From an uncultured Candidatus Rokubacteria bacterium (GTDB taxonomy: Bacteria > Methylomirabilota > Methylomirabilia > Rokubacteriales > CSP1-6), in contig CAVVEU010000035.1 of assembly GCA_963747235.1 (NCBI GenBank), forward strand, positions 1 through 12,404: a stretch of DNA of 12,404 nucleotides. Reading direction: 5' to 3'. A program made the position numbers and the translations under genes. The notes beneath the pieces were generated by a model. It was given only the letters and a program-made list of their open reading frames with translations, did no database searches and was not told the DNA's origin. Positions 1 to 6,799 of the stretch are shown here, piece by piece; the first letter of the stretch is position 1, and every line of letters begins with the position of its first letter.

Positions 1-1
1 G

Positions 2-112
2 ATCTCCCACGTCTTCCCGCTCGAGCGCATCTCCGAGGCCTTCGCGCAGAGCGACTGGGCGCAGCGCGGCGGCGACCCCGCCGCCGTCTCCCGCGCCGCC
101 ATCTCGATGTAA
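2..112 (+). CDS. 3' end of a Zn-dependent (MDR family) dehydrogenase, truncated by the window edge
   Basis: Frame 2 reads ISHVFPLERISEAFAQSDWAQRGGDPAAVSRAAISM* (TAA 110-112). It resembles the C-terminus of the Zn-ADH at 2969-4081 (ISHKFPLEAIEEAF...VTRAAIVPN). Confidence 0.75.
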   Translation: MSHVFPLERISEAFAQSDWAQRGGDPAAVSRAAISM

Positions 113-113
113 T

Positions 114-144
114 CCGGGGTCGGGTCTTGAATTACGACATTTCC
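114..144 (+). repeat. 31-bp intergenic repeat, copy 1 (REP-like)
   Basis: CCGGGGTCGGGTCTTGAATTACGACATTTCC, 27/31 identical to 680-710; starts 1 nt after a stop codon. Confidence 0.85.
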
Positions 145-185
145 GGCGCCCATCTTGATGGCCGCCTGACGAAAAGGAGCACGTC

Positions 186-677
186 ATGGCAGGAATTTAC
201 GACTTCACGGTGAAGACGATCGACGGGAAGGAGCAGTCGCTGGCGGACTATCGCGGCAAGGCGCTGCTCGTGGTGAACGTGGCGTCGAAGTGCGGGCTCA
301 CGCCGCAGTACGAAGGGCTGCAGGCGCTGCAGGCTGAGTACGGCCCACGGGGCTTCGCGGTGCTGGGCTTCCCCTGCAACCAGTTTGCGGGGCAGGAGCC
401 GGGCAGCGATGCGGAGGTCAAGGCGTTCTGCTCGACGAGCTATGGCGTGACGTTTCCGATGTTCTCCAAGATCGACGTGAACGGTAGCGGTCGCGCCCCG
501 CTCTACACCTGGCTCACCGGCCAGGCGACCAAGCCCGACGGCTCCGGCGACATCAAGTGGAACTTCGCCAAGTTCCTGGTGGACAAGACCGGCCAGGTCG
601 TCGCGCGCTTCGAGCCCAAGACCGCGCCCAGCGCGCCCGAGGTGACGCAGGCCGTCGAGAAAGCCGTCGGCGCCTGA
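186..677 (+). CDS. gpx: Glutathione peroxidase family protein (Cys-type, probably thioredoxin-dependent)
   Basis: Motifs NVASKCGLTPQY, LGFPCNQFAGQEP and WNFAKFLVD; a candidate resolving Cys in FCSTSYGVTFP; AAGGAG RBS upstream. Confidence 0.95.
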   Translation: MAGIYDFTVKTIDGKEQSLADYRGKALLVVNVASKCGLTPQYEGLQALQAEYGPRGFAVLGFPCNQFAGQEPGSDAEVKAFCSTSYGVTFPMFSKIDVNGSGRAPLYTWLTGQATKPDGSGDIKWNFAKFLVDKTGQVVARFEPKTAPSAPEVTQAVEKAVGA

Positions 678-679
678 CG

Positions 680-710
680 CCGGGGTCAGGTCTTACATTC
701 CGACATTTCC
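680..710 (+). repeat. 31-bp intergenic repeat, copy 2 (REP-like)
   Basis: CCGGGGTCAGGTCTTACATTCCGACATTTCC, 27/31 identical to 114-144; starts 2 nt after the gpx stop. Confidence 0.85.
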
Positions 711-724
711 CGGAGCGAGCGAGT

Positions 725-1834
725 ATGCGGTTCCACAGCATCGAGGCGATCGCGCTCGACATCCCGCTCACGCGCAACTTCGGCGGGAGCACGTACACGG
801 TCGTCAAGCGGTCCACCGTGGTCACCCGTTTGCGCACGGACGAGGGGCTCGTCAGCGAGGTCTACAACGGTGACAACCGCGAGCACGGCCCCGAGATCGT
901 CCGCCTGATCCACGAGGAGCTGGCCCCGCTCTTGCGGGGCCGAGATCTCTTCGAGGGTGAACAGATCTGGGACTGCCTCTTCGCCCTCACCCACAGCAGT
1001 CGCGATCGCAAAACCCTGATGGAGGCCATCGCCTGCGTGGACTGCGCGATCTGGGACCTGGTCGGCAAGGCGCGGGGCCAGAGCGTCTGCGCGCTGGTCG
1101 GCGGCCGGCCACCCCGGCGGCTGCCCATCATCTCGATCGGTGGCTACTACCGCGAGGGCAACGCCCTCGCCGACATCGGCCGCGAGATGGAGCGCTACCG
1201 CGAGGCCGGCATGGCGGGCTGCAAGTTCAAGGTAGGCGGGCTCGCCCCCGAGGCCGACGCGGAGCGGGTCGCCGTGGCCCGCCGTGCCGCGGGGCCCGAC
1301 TTCGTGCTCGCGGTGGACGCCAACCGCGGCTTCACGGTGGAGCACGCGGTCCAGTTCGCGCGCCTCGTCGAGCCGCTCGACATCCGCTGGTTCGAGGAGC
1401 CCTGCCACTGGCACGACGACGCCCGCATGATGGCGGAGGTGCGGCGGGCGACGCGCATCCCGGTCACCGCGGGCCAGTCCGAGATCACCAGTCACGCGGT
1501 GCGACGCCTGCTGGACGCGGGCGCGGTGGACCTGGTGAACTTCGACGCCTCCGAAGGCGGCGGCGTGACCGAGTGGCGCCGCGCCGCCGCGCTCTGCGAG
1601 GCCGCCGGCGTGAAGATGGCCCACCACGAGGAGCCCCAGATCGCGGGGCACCTGCTCGCCGCGGTCCCTCACGGCACCTACGTGGAATGCTTCGCCGACC
1701 CCGAGCGCGATCCGGCCTGGCAGGCCCTCTGGGCGAACCGCCCCGCCGTCAAGGACGGGGTCTTCGAAGTCCCGGACGCGCCCGGCTTCGGCCTCGTCCT
1801 GGACGAAGCCTTGATCCGCCGCTATCGCGTTTAG
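725..1834 (+). CDS. Mandelate racemase/muconate lactonizing enzyme family protein (enolase superfamily)
   Basis: Start moved to ATG 725 (MRFHSIEAI), because the ORF-track start overlaps gpx. Motifs AIACVDCAIWDLVGK, KFKVG (KxK), VDANRG, WFEEP, AHHEE and PDAPGFG. Confidence 0.92.
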   Translation: MRFHSIEAIALDIPLTRNFGGSTYTVVKRSTVVTRLRTDEGLVSEVYNGDNREHGPEIVRLIHEELAPLLRGRDLFEGEQIWDCLFALTHSSRDRKTLMEAIACVDCAIWDLVGKARGQSVCALVGGRPPRRLPIISIGGYYREGNALADIGREMERYREAGMAGCKFKVGGLAPEADAERVAVARRAAGPDFVLAVDANRGFTVEHAVQFARLVEPLDIRWFEEPCHWHDDARMMAEVRRATRIPVTAGQSEITSHAVRRLLDAGAVDLVNFDASEGGGVTEWRRAAALCEAAGVKMAHHEEPQIAGHLLAAVPHGTYVECFADPERDPAWQALWANRPAVKDGVFEVPDAPGFGLVLDEALIRRYRV

Positions 1835-1852
1835 CTGACCTCGCGCTTGTCG

Positions 1853-2431
1853 TCAGGCGGCGGGCAGGGCCGCGAGGGCCTTGCGGAAACGGGAGGCCTG
1901 GCCGATGAGGTCCTGGTCGAAGGGGGCGGTGGACGGGCCCTTGTCGATCTTCACCACCACGATGAAGGGCCCGTCCTCCGTGAGGATCCGGCCCGTCGCG
2001 CGCTCGAGCTCCTCCTGGGTGCGCACCTCGATGCCCTTCTCGATGCCGGCGCCGCGCGCGATGCCGACCAGGCTCGCCTTCCGGGCGGTCGCGGTGGCCT
2101 GGCCGCCGGTGGTCTGGTGCACCTCGTTGTCCCAGACCATCAGCACGTAGTTCTTCGGGGCTTCCGCCGCGATGGTGCAGAGCGAGCCCAGGTTCATGAG
2201 CAACGAGCCGTCGCCGTCCAGGCAGATCACGCGGACGTCGGGTCGGCCGATCGCGATGCCGAGGCCGATCGAGGAGCACTGGCCCATCGCCCCGAAGGTG
2301 TAGCAGTTGAGCGGGCGGTCCGCGATCTGGAGCAGGTCGAGCGAGGCCTGGCCCAGGTTCGAGACCACGACCTCGTTGGTCAGCCGGGAGGCGAGGTACT
2401 TGGTGGCGCCGGCGCGGGTGAGCGGGCTCAT
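1853..2431 (-). CDS. ThDP-dependent decarboxylase beta subunit (sulfopyruvate/phosphonopyruvate decarboxylase, ComE-like)
   Basis: Start ATG 2431 (MSPLTRAG) overlaps the upstream stop (ATGA). Motifs GAMGQCSSIGLG and the ThDP motif DGDGSLLMNLGSL...DNEVHQTTGGQ; 192 aa. Confidence 0.88.
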   Translation of the reverse strand: MSPLTRAGATKYLASRLTNEVVVSNLGQASLDLLQIADRPLNCYTFGAMGQCSSIGLGIAIGRPDVRVICLDGDGSLLMNLGSLCTIAAEAPKNYVLMVWDNEVHQTTGGQATATARKASLVGIARGAGIEKGIEVRTQEELERATGRILTEDGPFIVVVKIDKGPSTAPFDQDLIGQASRFRKALAALPAA

Positions 2432-2943
2432 CCTCGCTTGCCTCCGGTCAGCTCCGACGGCAGCACGATGGCTACCGGCTGCGAGCTCACGTAGCAGAGC
2501 TTGACCAGCCCGTCGGTCTGGTGCTCCAGCTCCGCGATGGACATCGGCCGGATCCAGCGGATGCCGAGCGCGTCCAGGATGTGCGTGACCGCGCGGCCCA
2601 TCGGCACCTGGGCCGGGTTGAACTCGCCCAGGTCGCCGCGATGGCTCATCACCAGGACCATCGGGATCATGCTCGCCATGTTGAGCGAGGCGAGCGCGTT
2701 GGCGCAGTTGCCGAGGCCGCTGTTCTGCATCAGGAGCGCGCCGCGATGCCCGGCGAGCCAGGCGCCGGAGAGCAGACCCACCGCTTCTTCTTCTCTGGTC
2801 GTGGTGACCACGCGGCACTCGGGGTCGGCCCACAGCTCGTCCAGCACGTGGCTCACGATGTAGTCGGGAACGGTCGCGTACAGGCGGATACCGTTGCGGC
2901 GCAGCACGTCCGCGACGTGCTTGGCCCAGCCCTGCTCGGACAT
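2428..2943 (-). CDS. ThDP-dependent decarboxylase alpha subunit (ComD-like)
   Basis: Motifs TVPD, TREEEAVGLLSGAWLAG, LMQNSGLGNCANALASL and HRGDLGEFNPAQVPMG; AGGAG RBS upstream. Confidence 0.88.
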   Translation of the reverse strand: MSEQGWAKHVADVLRRNGIRLYATVPDYIVSHVLDELWADPECRVVTTTREEEAVGLLSGAWLAGHRGALLMQNSGLGNCANALASLNMASMIPMVLVMSHRGDLGEFNPAQVPMGRAVTHILDALGIRWIRPMSIAELEHQTDGLVKLCYVSSQPVAIVLPSELTGGKRG

Positions 2944-2968
2944 TGCGGGATCTCTCCTGGTCGGGGTC

Positions 2969-4081
2969 TCAGTTGGGAACGATCGCGGCGCGGGTGACGT
3001 GGCCCTTGTCCTGCTGGACGAAGGCCTCCTCGATCGCTTCGAGCGGGAACTTGTGCGAGATGATCTTGTTCCACGGGTAGCGCGTGCGGGTGCGCGTCAT
3101 CATGTCGAGCGCGCCGCGCAGATGCTCGGCCTCGTAGTGGGAGAGGCCGATGATGCGGCGGTTGCCGAAGATGATCCAGGCCGGATCGAACTCGGCCTTC
3201 CAGCCCACGTTGATGTTGCCGATCTCGAGATACGTGCCTTCCGGCGCGGTCATCCGCAGCCCCTCGTCCACCACCTTGGGATTGCCCACCAGCTCCATGA
3301 CCACGTCGCCGCCCCAGTCGTCGGTGAGCTTCCGGACCGCCTTGATGCGGTCGTCCGGCGTCTTGTGCTCGCGCATGTCCACCACGTCGGTGGCCCCGAA
3401 GGAGCGCGCCAGGGTCAGGCGCTCCTCCACGCCGTCGATGATGACGACGCGCGCCGCGCCCATCTCCTTCGCCACCGCGCACGCGTAGACCCCGAGGCCG
3501 CCCGCGCCCTGGATCACCACGGTCTGCCCCGCGCGCACCGCCGCGATGTCGAGGCCGGCGTAGACCTGGCTGAACGCGCAGTTGACGCCCGCGGCCATGT
3601 CGTCGGTGATGTCGTCGGCCAGCTTGAAGACGGCGTGATTGGGGCGCAGGTAGAAGTACTCGCCGAAGCCGCCCTGGAAGTGTGGCCAGACTTCGCAGGA
3701 GACGAGGAAGTTGGACTGGCGCACCGGGCAGGACTTGGTCTTGCCCTTGAGGCACATGCGGCAGCGCCCGCAGGGGAAGAAGAAGCGATACGCCACACGG
3801 TCGCCCACCGCGAGCGGCCGGCCCGCCGAGTCGGTGGTGACGCCGGCGCCGAGCTTGGCCACGCGTCCCACGTGCTCGTGCCCGGTGTTCAGCGGCAGCG
3901 GCCGGCCCATCTTCACGTAGTCGAGCTCGCCCCGCCAGTAGTGGAGATCGGAGCCGCACACGTTGGCCATCGCCACCTTGACCAGGATCGCGCCGGGCTC
4001 GGGATCGGGCACCGGATACTCGCGGATCTCGAACGGTTTGCCCGCGCCGTGGAACACCGCCATCCTCGCCGTTTCCGCCAT
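2969..4081 (-). CDS. Zn-dependent alcohol dehydrogenase (MDR family)
   Basis: Start ATG 4081 (MAETARM) with a GAGGAGG RBS. Catalytic Zn motifs CGSD and GHE, structural Zn CGRCRMC...C, Rossmann motif GAGGLG. Confidence 0.93.
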   Translation of the reverse strand: MAETARMAVFHGAGKPFEIREYPVPDPEPGAILVKVAMANVCGSDLHYWRGELDYVKMGRPLPLNTGHEHVGRVAKLGAGVTTDSAGRPLAVGDRVAYRFFFPCGRCRMCLKGKTKSCPVRQSNFLVSCEVWPHFQGGFGEYFYLRPNHAVFKLADDITDDMAAGVNCAFSQVYAGLDIAAVRAGQTVVIQGAGGLGVYACAVAKEMGAARVVIIDGVEERLTLARSFGATDVVDMREHKTPDDRIKAVRKLTDDWGGDVVMELVGNPKVVDEGLRMTAPEGTYLEIGNINVGWKAEFDPAWIIFGNRRIIGLSHYEAEHLRGALDMMTRTRTRYPWNKIISHKFPLEAIEEAFVQQDKGHVTRAAIVPN

Positions 4082-4156
4082 GAGTCCCTCCTCAGATGAT
4101 GGACGACGGCCGGAGTCTAGCATGGTAGGCTACGTGGCGCCCGGGAGGGCCAAGCC

Positions 4157-5143
4157 ATGAAGATTGCGATCCTCGACGACTACCAGGACACGATCCGCAC
4201 GCTCAACGCCTTCAAGAAGATGGCGGGCCAGGACGTCACGATCTGGAAGGATCACACCAAGGACGTGGACACCCTGGCTGCGCGGCTTACAGATACCGAG
4301 GTGCTGGTGCTCCTGCGCGAGCGCACCCCGATCCGCGGCCCGCTGCTCGATCGTCTCGACCGGCTGCGCATGATCACCCAGGTCGGCGTGGTCCCGAACA
4401 TCGACGTCCCCGCGTGCACGAAGCGCGGCGTCATCGTCTCCTCGAGCCAGATGCCGGGCCGGCCCTCCTACGCGACCGCGGAGCTGACGTGGGGCCTGGT
4501 GATCGCGGCGGTGCGGCGCATTCCCCAGGAGATGATCGCGATGCGCGCGGGCAAGTGGCAGGCCTTCCCGATCGGCACCGGCCTCCGCGGCAAGACCCTC
4601 GGCATCCTGGGCTATGGCAAGATCGGCGCGGTGGTGGCGGGCTACGGGCGCGCCTTCGGCATGAACGTGCTGGCGTGGGGCCGCGAGAGCACGCTCGAGA
4701 AGGCGACGGCCGACGGCTACACGCCCGCGGCGAGCCGCGAGGCCTTCTTCGCGGAGTCGGACGTGGTCTCGATCCACGTGCGGCTGATCGACGCGACCCG
4801 CGGCATGGTGACCGCCGACGATTTCGCGCGCATGAAGCCCTCGGCGGTGTTCGTCAATACGAGCCGGGCCGGGCTCGTGGTGCCGGGCGCGCTCGAGGCC
4901 GCGCTCGCCAAGGGCCGGCCCGGCATGGCCGCGGTGGACGTCTACGAGGACGAGCCGGTGATGGGCGCCAAGCATCCGCTGCTCGCCATGGACAACGCGA
5001 TCTGCGTGCCGCATCTGGGCTACGTCGAGCTGGACGGGCTCGAGCACATGTACGACACGATCTTCGACCAGGTGCTGGCCTACCGCGCCGGCAAGCCGAT
5101 GAACGTGCTGAATCCGGAGGCCGCGGCGACCGCCAAGTCATGA
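4157..5143 (+). CDS. D-isomer-specific 2-hydroxyacid dehydrogenase family protein
   Basis: Motifs MKIAILDDYQ, RERT, LGILGYGKIG, VNTSRAGLV, AVDVYEDEP and PHLGYV; GGGAGG RBS. Confidence 0.93.
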   Translation: MKIAILDDYQDTIRTLNAFKKMAGQDVTIWKDHTKDVDTLAARLTDTEVLVLLRERTPIRGPLLDRLDRLRMITQVGVVPNIDVPACTKRGVIVSSSQMPGRPSYATAELTWGLVIAAVRRIPQEMIAMRAGKWQAFPIGTGLRGKTLGILGYGKIGAVVAGYGRAFGMNVLAWGRESTLEKATADGYTPAASREAFFAESDVVSIHVRLIDATRGMVTADDFARMKPSAVFVNTSRAGLVVPGALEAALAKGRPGMAAVDVYEDEPVMGAKHPLLAMDNAICVPHLGYVELDGLEHMYDTIFDQVLAYRAGKPMNVLNPEAAATAKS

Positions 5144-6309
5144 GCATCCGAAACCGCGCGTACATCGTCGGCGTCTTCGAGCATCCGACCCGCAAGGCGG
5201 ACAATATCTCGCTCGCCCAGCTCCACGCGGAAGTGGCGCACGGCGCGCTGACGGACGCGGGCCTCACCAAGGACGACGTCGACGGCTACTTCTGCGCGGG
5301 CGACGCGCCGGGCCTGGGCGGACTCTCCATGGCCGACTACATGGGCCTGCGCCTGCGGCACATCGACACCACCGAGACCGGCGGGTCCTCCTACGTGGTG
5401 CACGTGGCCCACGCCGCGGAAGCGATCGCGGCGGGGCGCTGCGACGTGGCCCTGATCACGCTGGCCGGGCGGCCGCGTGCGGAGGGCATGGCCACCGGCA
5501 CCGCCCCGCGCAACTATGGCTCCACCGCGCCCGACGTGGCGTTCGAGGCGCCGTTCTCGCCCACGGTGGTGAACCAGTACGCGATGGCGGCGATGCGCCA
5601 CATGCACGAGTTCGGGACCACCAGCGAGCAGCTCGCGTGGATCAAGGTCGCGGCCTCCCAGCACGCCCAGCACAATCCTCTCGCGATGCTGCGCGAGGTG
5701 GTGACCGTGGCGGACGTGGTCGGCTCGCCCATGATCTCGGATCCGCTTCATCGGCTGGACTGCTGCGTGATCAGCGATGGCGGCGGGGCGGTGATCGTGG
5801 CGCGGCCCGAGGTGGCGAAGCGGCTCAAACGCCCGCCGGTCACGGTGCGCGGGGCGGGCGAGGCGGTGAAGCACCAGATGGGCGGGCAGATCGATCTCAC
5901 CTACACCGGCGCGCGCTGGTCCGGCCCGGCCGCCTTCGAGAGCGCGGGGGTTTCCCCGGCCGACATCAAGTACGCCTCGATCTACGACAGCTTCACGATC
6001 ACGGTGCTGATCACGCTCGAGGATCTGGGCTTCTGCCCCAAGGGGCAGGGCGGGCGCTTCGTCTCCGACGGCAACCTGATCGCGGGGGTGGGCAAGCTGC
6101 CGTTCAATACCGACGGCGGCGGCCTCTGCAACAACCACCCCGCCAACCGCGGCGGGATGACCAAGGTGATCGAGGCGGTGCGCCAGCTTCGCGGCGAGGC
6201 GCATCCGAAGGTGCAGGTGAAGAACTGCGACCTGGCCCTGGCCCACGGCACCGGCGGCTCCCTCGCCACGCGCCACGCCAGCGCCACCCTGATCCTGGAG
6301 GCGAGATAG
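5140..6309 (+). CDS. SCP-x/Ltp2-type thiolase-like protein
   Basis: ATG 5140 overlaps the upstream TGA. Motifs PLHRLDCCVISDGGGA, IYDSFTITV, LEDLGFCPKGQGG and NTDGGGLCNNHP; followed by a DUF35 partner gene. Confidence 0.9.
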   Translation: MSIRNRAYIVGVFEHPTRKADNISLAQLHAEVAHGALTDAGLTKDDVDGYFCAGDAPGLGGLSMADYMGLRLRHIDTTETGGSSYVVHVAHAAEAIAAGRCDVALITLAGRPRAEGMATGTAPRNYGSTAPDVAFEAPFSPTVVNQYAMAAMRHMHEFGTTSEQLAWIKVAASQHAQHNPLAMLREVVTVADVVGSPMISDPLHRLDCCVISDGGGAVIVARPEVAKRLKRPPVTVRGAGEAVKHQMGGQIDLTYTGARWSGPAAFESAGVSPADIKYASIYDSFTITVLITLEDLGFCPKGQGGRFVSDGNLIAGVGKLPFNTDGGGLCNNHPANRGGMTKVIEAVRQLRGEAHPKVQVKNCDLALAHGTGGSLATRHASATLILEAR

Positions 6310-6311
6310 CC

Positions 6312-6704
6312 ATGACCGCGAGCGCGCCGAAGATCCCGGCTCCGAACTCGACGCCCGAGACCGCGCCCTTCTGGGCGGCGGCGGCCAAGGGCAAGCTGCT
6401 CGTGAAGAGCTGCACCGCCTGCGGGCGCGCGCATCACTACCCGCGCCCGAACTGCCCCCTCTGCGGCAGCGATCGCACCGAGTGGAAGGACTCCGCGGGC
6501 CGCGGCGTCATCTACTCCTACAGCGTGATGCGGCGCGCGACGCCGCCCTACGTCATCGCCTACGTGACACTGGACGAGGGGCCCACCATGATGACCAACC
6601 TGGTGGACTGCGATTTCGACGCGCTCCGCATCGGCCAGCCGGTGCGCGTGGTGTGGACGCCGACCGACGGCGGCCCTCCGGTGCCCATGTTCACGCCCAG
6701 GTAG
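6312..6704 (+). CDS. DUF35 Zn-ribbon/OB-fold protein (ChsH2-like thiolase partner)
   Basis: Start ATG 6312, 2 nt after the thiolase stop. Motifs PETAPFW, CTAC...YPRPNCPLC, GVIYSYSV, PYVIAYVTLDEGP and IGQPV. Confidence 0.92.
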   Translation: MTASAPKIPAPNSTPETAPFWAAAAKGKLLVKSCTACGRAHHYPRPNCPLCGSDRTEWKDSAGRGVIYSYSVMRRATPPYVIAYVTLDEGPTMMTNLVDCDFDALRIGQPVRVVWTPTDGGPPVPMFTPR

Positions 6705-6799
6705 TTTCGCCCTCTCGCCCTCGGGGGAAGGTCGGTGAAGAACTGTCTGCCGGTGATCCCCGACGATGTGCTCGCGAGATCCTGCGACGCGTGAGCGGC

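Noticed and set aside
186-677. Selenocysteine-containing Gpx
   Set aside because: The active-site codon is TGC (Cys) and there is no in-frame TGA.
114-710. The two 31-bp repeats as a CRISPR array
   Set aside because: Only two copies, 535 bp apart with a whole gene between them, and no cas genes.
557-724. N-terminal extension of the enolase ORF in the track
   Set aside because: It overlaps gpx and the repeat; family-like sequence begins at ATG 725.
4414-5139. 631-aa ORF suggesting a long thiolase fusion
   Set aside because: The first part is an Arg/Gly-rich shadow frame over the dehydrogenase; the real start is 5140 with an ATGA overlap.
6705-6735. Terminator or REP-like hairpin between the convergent DUF35 and MCO genes
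   Set aside because: The pairing (CCCTCTCGCCCTCGGGGGAAGG) is imperfect with no U-tract; too weak to call.
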